Translations under genes and position numbers: made by a program | Assembly: GCA_046757705.1 (NCBI GenBank) | Contig: JBHHYT010000002.1 | Coordinates: forward strand, 1-60,821 | Length of the DNA stretch: 60,821 nucleotides | Direction of reading: 5' to 3' | DNA from: Thermodesulfobacteriota bacterium | Lineage (GTDB): Bacteria > Desulfobacterota > GWC2-55-46 | In this document: piece after piece, positions 8,317-17,487 of the stretch | Numbering within the stretch: the stretch's first letter is position 1 | Layout: every line of letters begins with the position of its first letter | The notes under the pieces: generated by a model | Database searches by the model: none | The model's input: only the letters and a program-made list of their open reading frames with translations | Told to the model about the DNA's origin: nothing

Positions 8317-10248
8317 TTACTTCTTCAAGGTCGTGTAGTTTAGCGTACCTCCCACGAGTACCGTCTCTATCTGCCTCGCTGAGAACCCGTGCTTGAGCTT
8401 CATCTCCGTGCCCTTGGTTACGTCCTTGAGCAAGAGCGTATCCCCGGACTTCAAGCCCGAGAGCAGCCCCGGAAGCTCGAGCTCGTCCCCGTCGTCTATG
8501 CCGTCGTAATCCACGGGGTTCTCGAATGTGAGCGGCAGGATGCCGAAGTTCACGAGGTTGTCCTTGTGTATGCGGGCGAAGCTCTTGGCTATGATCGCCT
8601 TGATGCCGAGGTACATGGGGCAAAGGGCCGCATGCTCGCGCGATGAGCCCTGCCCGTAGTTCTCGCCGCCCACGACGAAGCCGCCTCCGGCGGCCTTCGC
8701 CTTCTCGTGGAACTTGGGGTCGATGGCGGAGAAGACCGACTCGGAGTACTTCGGCACGTTGCTCCTGTACTTGAGCCATACGCCCGCTGGCGTTATGTGG
8801 TCGGTGGTGATGTCGTCCCCGAGCTTTATAAGCACCTTGCCCTTCAGGACGTCCGGCAGCGGGCCCTGCTTGGGAAGGGGCTGGATGTTCGGGCCCCTCT
8901 TTACGACCACCTTGTCCGGGTCCTTCGCTGGCGAGAGCACCATCGAGTCGTCCACGAGGAATTCCCTGGGCATCTTCACGTGGGGGGCCTTGCCGAGCTT
9001 CCTCGGATCGGTTATGACGCCGTAGATGGCCGCGGCCACGGCGGTCTCCGGGCTGCAGAGGTATATCTTGGCGTCCTTGGTGCCGCTTCTGCCCTCGAAG
9101 TTCCTGTTAAACGTCCTCAGGGACACGCCTCCCGAAGGGGGAGACTGGCCGTTTCCGATACACGGGCCGCACGCCGCTTCGAGTATCCTCGCCCCAGCCT
9201 CTATCATGTGCGAGAGCCCCTTGTTGAGCGAGATCATGTCGAGCACCTGCTTGGAGCCGGGGGAGATGGTCATGCTGACGTCCGGGTGGACCTTGAAACC
9301 GCCCTTGTTGAGCGTCTCGGATACGAGCATCAGGTCCATGTACGAGGAGTTCGTGCAGCTTCCGACACAGACCTGGTCGACCTTCATGCCCTCTACCTCG
9401 GAGACCTTGCAGACCACGTCCGGCATGTGCGGCCTGGCTATCATGGGCTCGAGGGTACCCAGGTCGAGCTCTATGGTCTCGTCGTATGCGGCGTCGGGGT
9501 CCGCCTTGAGCTCCATCCAGTCCCCTTCCCTGTCCTGTGCCGCGAGGAACTCCCTCGTGACGTCGTCGCTCGGGAAGACCGAGGTGGTCGCGCCAAGCTC
9601 CGCGCCCATGTTCGTTATAGTCGCCCTCTCCGGCACGGTCAGGCCCGCAACACCCTCTCCGCCGTACTCTATTACCTTGCCCACGCCGCCCTTGACGGTA
9701 AGCCTCCTGAGTATCTCGAGTATCACGTCCTTGGCCGAGACCCACGGGTTGAGCTTGCCCTTGAGGTCGACGAGCACGACCTTGGGGTAGATGAGGCTGA
9801 AGGGGCCGCCGCCCATAGCCACCGCCACGTCGAGGCCGCCGGAGCCCATGGCGAGCATGCCGATGCCGCCCTGGGTGGGTGTATGGGAATCGGAGCCCAG
9901 AAGGGTCTTGCCGGGCTTGCCGAACCTTTCGAGATGCACCTGATGGCATATCCCGTTGCCCGGCCTCGAGAAGTATATGCCGTGCTTGGCCGCCAGAGTC
10001 TGAAGGAACCTGTGGTCGTCGGCGTTCTCGAAACCTCCGTACTGGAGCGTGTTATGGTCCACGTAACTTACGGAAAGCTCGGTCTTGACCCTGGGCACGC
10101 CCATCGCCTCGAACTGGAGATAGGCCATGGTGCCTGTGGCGTCCTGCGTAATGGTCTGATCTATCCTGATATTAACCTCTTTGCCCTGCACGGGCTCCCC
10201 GGAGACCAGATGGCTGTCTATAAGCTTCTGCGCAACGTTCTTTCCCAC
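8317..10248 (-). CDS. Aconitate hydratase, ~640-aa short form (aconitase/IPM-isomerase superfamily)
   Basis: GTG start. The N-terminus is VAQKLIDSHLV...IRIDQTITQDATGTMAYLQFEAMG. Fe-S ligand regions are GSDSHTP, VGSCTNSSY and CGPCIG. A C-terminal swivel domain is fused. Confidence 0.85.
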   Translation of the reverse strand: MGKNVAQKLIDSHLVSGEPVQGKEVNIRIDQTITQDATGTMAYLQFEAMGVPRVKTELSVSYVDHNTLQYGGFENADDHRFLQTLAAKHGIYFSRPGNGICHQVHLERFGKPGKTLLGSDSHTPTQGGIGMLAMGSGGLDVAVAMGGGPFSLIYPKVVLVDLKGKLNPWVSAKDVILEILRRLTVKGGVGKVIEYGGEGVAGLTVPERATITNMGAELGATTSVFPSDDVTREFLAAQDREGDWMELKADPDAAYDETIELDLGTLEPMIARPHMPDVVCKVSEVEGMKVDQVCVGSCTNSSYMDLMLVSETLNKGGFKVHPDVSMTISPGSKQVLDMISLNKGLSHMIEAGARILEAACGPCIGNGQSPPSGGVSLRTFNRNFEGRSGTKDAKIYLCSPETAVAAAIYGVITDPRKLGKAPHVKMPREFLVDDSMVLSPAKDPDKVVVKRGPNIQPLPKQGPLPDVLKGKVLIKLGDDITTDHITPAGVWLKYRSNVPKYSESVFSAIDPKFHEKAKAAGGGFVVGGENYGQGSSREHAALCPMYLGIKAIIAKSFARIHKDNLVNFGILPLTFENPVDYDGIDDGDELELPGLLSGLKSGDTLLLKDVTKGTEMKLKHGFSARQIETVLVGGTLNYTTLKK

Positions 10249-10448
10249 GGTTCAATCCTCCTTGGCATTGAGAATAATGCATCCGTTTACATATTGTTAT
10301 TATAACCCGACGGCCCCATTATATTCCATAAAAAACAAGAAGTTAGGGGGTTCAATCTTGACAACGGGAAGGTTCAGGTTACATAAAAAACCGTTAGATG
10401 TCAACCGCAAAAGGAATCGTCCGGGGACAGAGAGGTGGCAAAGGGGAT

Positions 10449-10536
10449 GTCATTCTGAGGGAGCGGAGCGGACGAAGAATCTCAGGGCTTGTTTGGCCAC
10501 AAAAAACACGAGATTCTTCGCTGCGCTCAGAATGAC
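10449..10536. repeat. 88-bp long-hairpin repeat (GTCATTCTGAGGGAGCGGAGCGGACGAAGAATCTC ... GAGATTCTTCGCTGCGCTCAGAATGAC)
   Basis: Near-perfect inverted arms of about 35 nt around an ~18-nt loop. It belongs to the same family as 7917-8001 and 19793-19876. Confidence 0.8.
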
Positions 10537-10600
10537 ACGATGGGAATGCTTTTACCGGATGATTAGTACGCGGCGAATACAGCCGCAGTGCCGTACGGCC

Positions 10601-12442
10601 TCAGACGGCGGCTGCCTTCTTCTCGGCGCCCTCCCCTTCCTTACGCTCCATCTCCGGGTCCACGAGGCTCAGGATGGTATCACCCGGCCTGGGCTCGAGC
10701 TGTTTGTCGATGGTGAAGACGGACAGCTTCCCCTCCTCCGAGATAAGGAAGAGCGGTACGACCGAGCCGTAGCGCTGCTGGAATGCGTCGAAGTCGAACT
10801 TCTCGGTAAGGCGCGTCTTCTTGACGATGGCCCCGGCGTAGAACTTGTGCGTAAGGTACGAAAAGTTCACGTCCTTGCCGAAGAGGAACCTGCCGCGGAG
10901 GTGTTTGGATACCGGCTCGCCCTTGGGCCCCACGCCCTCTTCCTTCTGCGGGACGAGCTGGTACAGCTCCGAGCTCTCGAATAGCTTGTTGAAGTGGAGC
11001 ACCGCAAGGGAGTTCACCCCGTAGTTCGGCGTAAACGCCAGCATGCGGCCTATGCCCTCGAGCCCGGTCTCCTGGAATATGGCCTCTGACAGGACGCTGC
11101 CGTAATAGGTCGTAAGCCCGCTCATCCGCGCGGCGTGTATGTTGTTCCAGTTGGTATCCGCCACGAGCACCTTGAACCCCGCCTCCTTTACGGCCCTGGC
11201 TATCTCGATGGCCCACGGGTACGCCCCTATGATCAGCACGCCCTGCGGGTTTGGCTGAGAGAGGTTGAGACGCCGGGCGATGACCGGGGCCCCGAGGCCG
11301 TAGAATATGACGGTGCCCGCTATGACGAAGAAGGTCACCGGGGCAAGCTCCCCGGCGTTCGCGTAGCCCGCGTCCATAAGACGCAGGGAAAATACCGAGG
11401 AGACAGCCGCGGCCACTATCCCCCTCGGAGCGACGAAGGCCAGAAAGACCTTCTCCTTCCATTCGAGGTCGGTAAACATGGTGGATATGAGCACAGAGAC
11501 CGGGCGGATGATGACGATCAGGAGGAAGAGGAAGAAGAAGCTGGAGAAGCCGAGGTACCGCAGGTCGCTCAGGTCGAGGCGCGCGGCAAGTATTATGAAC
11601 AGCCCCGCTATCAGGAGCACCCGCAGGTTCTCCTTGAACTCTATTATGTGCTTTATGGTGACGGACCTCTGGTTTGCGAGCGCGACACCCATTACCGTGA
11701 CCGCCAGAAGGCCGCTCTCGGGCTGGAGCAGGTTCGAGGCCATGAAGGAGAGTATCATCGTGAGGAGCGTCATCGGGCTCTGGAGGAAGTCCGGCACCCA
11801 GTAGTACTTGAGGAAGAGCACGACGATTACCGCCCCTATGAGCCCCGCCGCGCCCCCCAGCATGAGGGTCCTGACTATGCCCATGAGAGCGACCGAGGGG
11901 ACCTGATGGAAGCGTCCGCCGATGATCGCCTCGTAGACGAGGACGGCGAGCACCGCTCCGATGGGGTCTATGAGGATGCCCTCCCAGCGGAGCACCGAAG
12001 CGACCTTGCCCACGGGCCGCACGTGGGCAAGGAGAGGGCCGATGACGGTCGGGCCGGTAACCAGGATGATAGAGCCCAGGAGCACGGCCATCGGGAGGTC
12101 GAGGCCGAGTATGTAGTAGGCGGCCGCCGCGCCAAGAGCCCACGCCACGAGCGCGCCGACGGTTATGAGCCTGTGCACCACGCTCCCCGTGGCGCGAAGC
12201 TCGAAGAACTTGAGGCTCAGGCCGCCCTCGAAGAGGATGACCGCCACGGACAGGGAGATGAACGGGAACAAGCTCTGGCCGAATATCTCGTCCGGGCTTA
12301 TGAAGCCGGTTATGGGCCCTGCGACAAAACCGAAGACGAGGAGCAGCAGAATGGAGGGGACCTTCAGGCGCCACGCTATCCACTGGGCGAAGATGCCGAG
12401 CACTATGATGCCCGAGAGGCCGAGGAGCAGGTGTTCAGTCAT
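10601..12442 (-). CDS. Cation:proton (Na+/H+) antiporter, CPA1 family, with C-terminal RCK/TrkA-C-like domain
   Basis: About 12 hydrophobic helices are followed by a soluble tail of about 200 aa. The start was chosen at Met15 (MTEHLLLGLSGIIVLG), which has GGAGGTGAG upstream. Confidence 0.75.
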   Translation of the reverse strand: MTEHLLLGLSGIIVLGIFAQWIAWRLKVPSILLLLVFGFVAGPITGFISPDEIFGQSLFPFISLSVAVILFEGGLSLKFFELRATGSVVHRLITVGALVAWALGAAAAYYILGLDLPMAVLLGSIILVTGPTVIGPLLAHVRPVGKVASVLRWEGILIDPIGAVLAVLVYEAIIGGRFHQVPSVALMGIVRTLMLGGAAGLIGAVIVVLFLKYYWVPDFLQSPMTLLTMILSFMASNLLQPESGLLAVTVMGVALANQRSVTIKHIIEFKENLRVLLIAGLFIILAARLDLSDLRYLGFSSFFFLFLLIVIIRPVSVLISTMFTDLEWKEKVFLAFVAPRGIVAAAVSSVFSLRLMDAGYANAGELAPVTFFVIAGTVIFYGLGAPVIARRLNLSQPNPQGVLIIGAYPWAIEIARAVKEAGFKVLVADTNWNNIHAARMSGLTTYYGSVLSEAIFQETGLEGIGRMLAFTPNYGVNSLAVLHFNKLFESSELYQLVPQKEEGVGPKGEPVSKHLRGRFLFGKDVNFSYLTHKFYAGAIVKKTRLTEKFDFDAFQQRYGSVVPLFLISEEGKLSVFTIDKQLEPRPGDTILSLVDPEMERKEGEGAEKKAAAV

Positions 12443-12560
12443 CTCACCTCCGTTTCTGGCCCGGCGCTGGCGCCTTAAAAACAAAAAGCCCGCAGGGCGG
12501 TAGATGTCCCGGGGGCAAGCTTTGACTCTTCAACGGGCCGGCTTCTGTGGGTGCGTCTCT

Positions 12561-12583
12561 GAAAACGGGCCCCGCGGCCCGCG
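12561..12583 (-). terminator. Putative intrinsic terminator downstream of tRNA-Cys (CGGGCC-gcgg-GGCCCG-TTTTC)
   Basis: A 6-bp GC stem with a 4-nt loop and a short T-tract on the minus strand. Confidence 0.4.
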
Positions 12584-12629
12584 ACCTTGCTTCTGTTGCG
12601 CATATCTCCCCCGGCCCGAAGGGAAAAAA

Positions 12630-12705
12630 TGGAGGCGGCGAGCGGATTCGAACCGCTGAATGGCAGTTTTGCAGACTGCTCCCTTAGCCACTTGGGTACG
12701 CCGCC
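12630..12705 (-). tRNA. tRNA-Cys (anticodon GCA), CCA encoded
   Basis: The minus-strand sequence is GGCGGCGTACCCAAGTGGCTAAGGGAGCAGTCTGCAAAACTGCCATTCAGCGGTTCGAATCCGCTCGCCGCCTCCA. It has a 7-bp acceptor stem, anticodon loop CTGCAAA and a GGTTCGAATCC T-arm. Confidence 0.9.
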
Positions 12706-12795
12706 CTATCAGGATACTATAATCAGCGGGGGCGAACTTTGTCAAGACAAAACAGGATAAGCGCCTTTTTACTGGCATAAAGGCCGACCTGACGC

Positions 12796-13254
12796 CTACT
12801 TCCCCTTCCAGATGCCTCGCCCCCGCTGCCGTGCCCCGCGTTCGAGGTCCTGGAACTCGCGAGAGACCGGCAACCCGCACGGGGGTATTATGAGGCGCCT
12901 CGCCAGCCCCTCGCTTACGAGCGCGCGGTTTACGAAGACGCCGCCGGCGTAGACGAAGGCGAGGAGCCGGCCGTACCTGTCCCTCGGCTCCGCATCGCAT
13001 ATCTCCAGCCTTACGGTCCTGGCCCGCACGAGGGAGGCGTTGCGCCTTTTCGCCTCGCGGAAGAACGGCTGCCCTCGCTCCGGCGTGTCTATCCCGACGT
13101 AGCGCACCCTCTCCCCTCCGGCGATGACAACGGTGTCACCGTCGACCACACGGGTGACACGGGCGCTAATGGTACGTGCCTGGAGAGGGGGCGGAAGCAG
13201 CAGGGCGAGCAAGAGGAAGAGAGAGGCGAGTAGGGGCAGGGACGGCTTTTTCAT
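12796..13254 (-). CDS. Secreted thermonuclease (staphylococcal nuclease/SNase fold)
   Basis: Signal peptide MKKPSLPLLASLFLLLALLLPPPLQA, then VTRVVDGDTVVI...RVRYVGIDTPE and a RYGRLLAFVY motif typical of SNase homologs. The start is Met11 of the track ORF. Confidence 0.75.
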   Translation of the reverse strand: MKKPSLPLLASLFLLLALLLPPPLQARTISARVTRVVDGDTVVIAGGERVRYVGIDTPERGQPFFREAKRRNASLVRARTVRLEICDAEPRDRYGRLLAFVYAGGVFVNRALVSEGLARRLIIPPCGLPVSREFQDLERGARQRGRGIWKGK

Positions 13255-13277
13255 CGGGACCCGGTTTTCCGCGGGCG

Positions 13278-13829
13278 CTACCACCGCTTGCGGAGGGCCT
13301 TTATCTGCTGTTGAAGGTCCATGATGTCCTTCTGTATCTTGTCGCAGCAGTAGTCATCCTTTGAAAGCTCTTCGGATATCTCGTCCATCTTCTTCGAGAC
13401 CGTGGAGTTGAGCCTGTTGTACTCCGCGCTCACCTCGAAGAAGTCGTCGATGAACTTGTTGGTGTATTTGACGAAGTTCCTTATGTGGAGGTCGTCCTGG
13501 CTCCGGATGCTGAGCCTCCTGGAGGTGTCGCCGTTGGTTATGAGCTTCATCTCGTACTCGAGCCGCTTGAACGGCCCGATGAGCCTGTACGTGAAGAACA
13601 TGGCGAGCAACAGGACGATGGCCACGTAGCCAATTATCAGGAACACGCCGAGGAAAGGGGTATTCAGGCCCCAGTATACCCTTACAAGGGATGATAACGT
13701 CTGGAGGAGTATGCCGCCGAGGAGGGCGAGCACAGTAAGCATGGCGATGGAGAACTGGATCTCTCTGGCGACGAAGTGCCGCTGCCTCAACGGCTTCGCG
13801 CTTTTTGAGGACCGGTCTTCTTTTTGCAT
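13278..13829 (-). CDS. Membrane protein with two TM helices + HAMP-like linker + coiled coil, no output domain
   Basis: An N-terminal basic stretch is followed by two hydrophobic helices. Next comes RLIGPFKRLEYEMKLITNGDTSRRLSIRSQDDL (HAMP-like) and then a heptad-rich tail. Confidence 0.55.
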   Translation of the reverse strand: MQKEDRSSKSAKPLRQRHFVAREIQFSIAMLTVLALLGGILLQTLSSLVRVYWGLNTPFLGVFLIIGYVAIVLLLAMFFTYRLIGPFKRLEYEMKLITNGDTSRRLSIRSQDDLHIRNFVKYTNKFIDDFFEVSAEYNRLNSTVSKKMDEISEELSKDDYCCDKIQKDIMDLQQQIKALRKRW

Positions 13830-13873
13830 CCCTTTCCCTTCCGAAGGGTGCCTGCCCCCCCTTCTTCGTAATT

Positions 13874-13902
13874 ATAATTACACCTTGCGATTGATTTGTC
13901 AA
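13874..13902 (-). promoter_or_regulatory. Sigma70-like promoter for the HAMP/nuclease genes: TTGACA-N17-AATTAT with upstream TG, overlapped by the 14-bp palindrome GTAATTATAATTAC (13868-13881)
   Basis: Read on the minus strand: cTTGACAaatcaatcgcaaggtgTAATTATAATtac. It lies 45-70 nt upstream of ATG 13829. Confidence 0.45.
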
Positions 13903-14015
13903 GACTTCGAAACCCCTTGAAAAACCCCGGACTTCCATGTCGTGGGGAGAGGTACGCGCGCAAGGGCCGCACGCAGCGCCGCCCACCGGAACGCGGGACG
14001 GGGGGTACAAATGCC

Positions 14016-14044
14016 TTGACTACGGGAGACTATGAACTTAATAT
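14016..14044 (+). promoter_or_regulatory. Sigma70-like promoter for the AbrB-fold/cupin pair: TTGACT-N17-TAATAT
   Basis: Read directly: ccTTGACTacgggagactatgaactTAATATatagg. The leader to ATG 14157 is about 105 nt. Confidence 0.45.
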
Positions 14045-14156
14045 ATAGGAAGTAATCATTCGACCGTAACGGGCCCGGCCGTCACAAAAAAACCTGCTGC
14101 TTCTACATCAACCATACAGGCCGTCTGAGCCGGAAACAGAGGAGGAGCGAACCCTT

Positions 14157-14357
14157 ATGAAGGAAAAGATCGTTCGGATAGATAAGGGCAAGGAAGGGGT
14201 CGCGTTGCCCGAGGAGTACCTGAGGTTCCTCGAGCTGATACCCGGCGCCGAGGTGGAGGTCAGCCTGGACAAGAAGAACAGGCGGGTCTTGATCCGTCCG
14301 ACGCACGGAGAGGATTTTATCGAGCACTTCAAGGAAACCATGGAATCGATGGCATGA
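14157..14357 (+). CDS. AbrB/MazE/SpoVT-fold small DNA-binding protein
   Basis: 66 aa. KIVRIDKGKEGVALPEEYLRFLELIPGAEVEVSLDKKNRRVLIRP matches the swapped-hairpin SpoVT-AbrB pattern. GAGGAGG RBS. Confidence 0.6.
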   Translation: MKEKIVRIDKGKEGVALPEEYLRFLELIPGAEVEVSLDKKNRRVLIRPTHGEDFIEHFKETMESMA

Positions 14358-14818
14358 AGATATACAAGCTGCCCATGCTCGCCGACTCCGGCCCCAGCGG
14401 GGAGTACCGCCTCGGCCCCGAGGAGGCCGCCACCGACTCCGTATACATCCTCTACGGCAGGCTCAGGCCCGGGGAGACCAACCACAAGACCTCCCTGCCC
14501 GAAGGCCACGAGGAGATAATCTGCGTCGTTAAGGGCACGTTAAGGGTGACATGCTGCAAGAGGACCTTCGACGTGAGCGCCGGCGAGGCGTTCAACCCGC
14601 GCACGAGCACGATAAGCCTCGACAACGCGGGAGAAGGCGAGGCCATATTCATCTCGGCAAGGGGGTGCCCCGCCTCGGACGCCCCGAACGAGGCGCAGGC
14701 CAACGAGCCCACGAAAGGAGAGGGCCGGCCGGAAGAGGACGCCCCCGCAGCCGCCGGGCCGGAGGAAGAGGACGACGGCTTCGTCATCACCAACGACGGC
14801 ATCCCTCTTGAGGATTAG
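14354..14818 (+). CDS. Cupin-fold protein with acidic, low-complexity C-terminal tail
   Basis: ATGA overlap with the upstream gene. The beta-rich core contains PEGHEEIICVVKGTLRV...AGEAF...GEGEAIFIS (cupin-like). The tail is Pro/Glu/Asp/Ala rich. Confidence 0.45.
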   Translation: MKIYKLPMLADSGPSGEYRLGPEEAATDSVYILYGRLRPGETNHKTSLPEGHEEIICVVKGTLRVTCCKRTFDVSAGEAFNPRTSTISLDNAGEGEAIFISARGCPASDAPNEAQANEPTKGEGRPEEDAPAAAGPEEEDDGFVITNDGIPLED

Positions 14819-15010
14819 ATGCGCGCCCGGACTCCCCGCCGGGGTGTGTCGTTGCGAGGAGCCGAGGCGACGCGGCAACCTCTTCCTGTAAAACCTGCAC
14901 CCTCACTCTGTCCGGGACGACCTTCCGGATAGTTTTCACCTGTTTTCCCTGTTTTAACCCGCTTAAACCCCGAAAAATGCCCCGATAGACCCCGCAAGGG
15001 AATATCTTCC

Positions 15011-15040
15011 TTGTATTGCGGCGCCCCATTCTGGTATATT
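15011..15040 (+). promoter_or_regulatory. Putative pur promoter: TTGTAT-N18-(TGg)TATATT
   Basis: Read directly, about 100 nt upstream of the purB GTG. An extended -10 TG is present. Confidence 0.35.
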
Positions 15041-15139
15041 TTATTCCTTCAACGGACCGAATGCACGGAGGAACGGGGGAGGAATGCCCGGGGCCGGTCC
15101 GTCCTGACATTCAATCAAAAAACCGAAGGGACAAAAGAG

Positions 15140-16438
15140 GTGATAGTTAGGTACTCGAGGCCCGTCATGGCGCGGGTCTGGGAGCCTGAGAACAGGTTCC
15201 GTAAGTGGCTGGACGTCGAGGTGGCGGCCTGCGAGGCGTGGTCAGGACTGGGCAAGATACCCAAAAAGGCGCTCAACAACATAAAGAAGAAGGCCCGTTT
15301 CGACATAGGCCGCATAGACGAGATAGAGAAGACGGTAAAGCACGACGTCATCGCCTTCCTCACCTCGGTGGCCGAGTTCGTGGGGCCGGACTCCCGCTAC
15401 ATCCACATGGGGCTGACCTCCTCGGACGTGCTCGATACGTCCTTGGCGCTCCTGTTGAAGGAGTCGGCCGGGATCATAATAGACGACATCAAGGCGCTGC
15501 GCGACGTGCTCAAGGAGAAGGCCCGCCAGCACAAGGATACCGTCATGATGGGCCGCTCCCACGGCATACACGCCGAGCCGACGACCTTCGGCCTCAAGAT
15601 GGCGCTCTGGTACGACGAGATGGGGCGCAACCTTGCCCGTATGGAGCGGGCAAGGGATGTCATCTCCTACGGCAAGCTCTCGGGGGCGGTGGGCACCTTC
15701 TCGAGCATAGACCCGAAGGTGGAGAGGTACGTCCTCAAGAAGCTCGGCCTGAAGCCCGAGTCCGTCGCAACGCAGGTCGTGCACAGGGACAGGCACGCCG
15801 AGTTCTTCTCATCACTGGCCATAACGGCCACCACCATCGAGAAGTTCGCCGTGGAGATACGCCACCTGCAGAGGACCGAGGTGCTCGAGGCGGAAGAGCC
15901 GTTCACCCCCGGACAGAAGGGCTCCTCGGCCATGCCGCACAAGAGGAACCCGATACTGTCGGAGAACCTTACGGGGCTGGCGCGCCTCATACGCGGCTAC
16001 TCCGTCAGCGCCATGGAGAACATCCCGCTCTGGCACGAGCGCGACATAAGCCACTCGTCTGTAGAGAGGGTCATCGCCCCTGACGCGACGATACTCATGG
16101 ACTTCATGCTCGCCAGGACCACGGGGCTGGTAAAGGACCTCGTCGTCTACCCGGATAACATGAAGGCCAACATGGACAAATTGAAGGGCGTGGTCTTCTC
16201 GCAGAAGGTTCTCCTGAAGCTCATCGAGAAGGGAACGACCCGGGAGGACGCCTACGCACTCGTGCAGAGGAACGCGATGAAGGTCTGGGAGGGGCTCGGC
16301 GGCTTCAAGGAGCTGCTGCTCGACGACGAGGCTGTGATGAAGTTCCTCACGCCCAAAGAGGTCGAGGCTTGCTTCGACGTAAAGCCGTACCTGAAGAACG
16401 TGAACTACATATTCAAGAGGACCTTTAAAAACGGATAA
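15140..16438 (+). CDS. purB: Adenylosuccinate lyase
   Basis: GTG start (Val44 of the track ORF), giving the typical IVRYSRPVMARVWEPENRF N-terminus after AAAGAGG. Fumarate-lyase signature GSSAMPHKRNP. Confidence 0.9.
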   Translation: MIVRYSRPVMARVWEPENRFRKWLDVEVAACEAWSGLGKIPKKALNNIKKKARFDIGRIDEIEKTVKHDVIAFLTSVAEFVGPDSRYIHMGLTSSDVLDTSLALLLKESAGIIIDDIKALRDVLKEKARQHKDTVMMGRSHGIHAEPTTFGLKMALWYDEMGRNLARMERARDVISYGKLSGAVGTFSSIDPKVERYVLKKLGLKPESVATQVVHRDRHAEFFSSLAITATTIEKFAVEIRHLQRTEVLEAEEPFTPGQKGSSAMPHKRNPILSENLTGLARLIRGYSVSAMENIPLWHERDISHSSVERVIAPDATILMDFMLARTTGLVKDLVVYPDNMKANMDKLKGVVFSQKVLLKLIEKGTTREDAYALVQRNAMKVWEGLGGFKELLLDDEAVMKFLTPKEVEACFDVKPYLKNVNYIFKRTFKNG

Positions 16439-16540
16439 GGAAGCTCTGATTTATTCAGACCTTCCGCGGCGTGACGTGCAAGGGATTTCACGCTCACACT
16501 TCTACCGCGATGCATCTTCAAGGACGGAGGTCTTGAAAAG

Positions 16541-17251
16541 ATGGAAAAGATAGAGCAGTTATACGAGGGCAAGGCAAAGGTGCTGTACTCCACGTCCGAC
16601 CCCGATCTCCTCGTGCAGTACTTCAAGGACGAGGCCACGGCCCTGGACGGCAAGAAGAAGGGGATAATAGAGCACAAGGGGATACTGAACAACAAGATCT
16701 CGACCCGTATCTTCCAGTACCTCGAGGAGAAGGGCATAAAGTCCCACTTCGTCGAGATGCTCAACGACCGGGAGATGCTGGTAAGGAGACTCCGTATAAT
16801 CCCCATAGAGGTGGTGGTCAGGAACATCGCCGCCGGGAGCCTCTCCAAGAGGCTCGGGGTCGAGGAGGGCACGCCTCTGAAGGAGACGGTCCTCGAGCTC
16901 TACTACAAGAGCGACCCGCTCGGCGACCCTATGATAAACCACTACCACGTGAAGGCCTTCGGGCTGGCTACCCCGGAGGAGCTTGCCGAGATGGAGCAGA
17001 CCGCCCTGGAGGTCAACAGAATTCTCTCCGCATTCTTCGACGAACGGGGTATAATACTGGTCGACTACAAGCTCGAGTTCGGCGTGGACAGCAAGAAAGG
17101 CTCCATACTGCTGGGCGACGAGATAACCCCGGACGGATGCAGGCTCTGGGACAAGGAGACCCGCGAGAAGATGGACAAGGACAGGTTCAGGCGCGACCTC
17201 GGCAAGGTCGAGGAGGCCTATCAAGAGGTCCTGAGGAAGGTGATGGAATGA
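16541..17251 (+). CDS. purC: Phosphoribosylaminoimidazole-succinocarboxamide (SAICAR) synthase
   Basis: LYEGKAKVLY, IPIEVVVRNIAAGS and LVDYKLEFG motifs. GGAGG RBS. Confidence 0.9.
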   Translation: MEKIEQLYEGKAKVLYSTSDPDLLVQYFKDEATALDGKKKGIIEHKGILNNKISTRIFQYLEEKGIKSHFVEMLNDREMLVRRLRIIPIEVVVRNIAAGSLSKRLGVEEGTPLKETVLELYYKSDPLGDPMINHYHVKAFGLATPEELAEMEQTALEVNRILSAFFDERGIILVDYKLEFGVDSKKGSILLGDEITPDGCRLWDKETREKMDKDRFRRDLGKVEEAYQEVLRKVME

Positions 17252-17487
17252 AGGCGAAGGTCTATGTGACACTGAAGAACGGGGTGCTCGACCCGCAGGG
17301 CAAGGCCGTCATGGGCGCGCTCAAGTCCATGAGCTTTTCCGAGGTCTCTGACGTCAGGATAGGCAAGTTCATGGAGCTTGAGATAGACGCCGCGTCAGCG
17401 GCCCGGGAGGAGGCCCGCATAAAAGAGATGTGCGAGAAGCTTTTGGCCAACACCGTGATAGAGAACTACAGGATAGAGATAGAGTAG
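17248..17487 (+). CDS. purS: FGAM synthase subunit PurS
   Basis: Met38 of track ORF 17137..17487. An 79-aa protein beginning MKAKVYVTLKNGVLDPQGKAV...ENYRIEIE. ATGGAATGA overlap with purC. Confidence 0.85.
   Translation: MKAKVYVTLKNGVLDPQGKAVMGALKSMSFSEVSDVRIGKFMELEIDAASAAREEARIKEMCEKLLANTVIENYRIEIE

Noticed and set aside
15041-15139. A ZTP/purine-type riboswitch in the ~95-nt purB leader, which has a long-range GGACCG/CGGTCC stem.
   Set aside because: The leader lacks the conserved ZTP elements I remember (GACUGGCG-like 5' part and CCGCCUGGGC 3' part) and lacks the purine-riboswitch loop motifs. Only a generic stem is visible.
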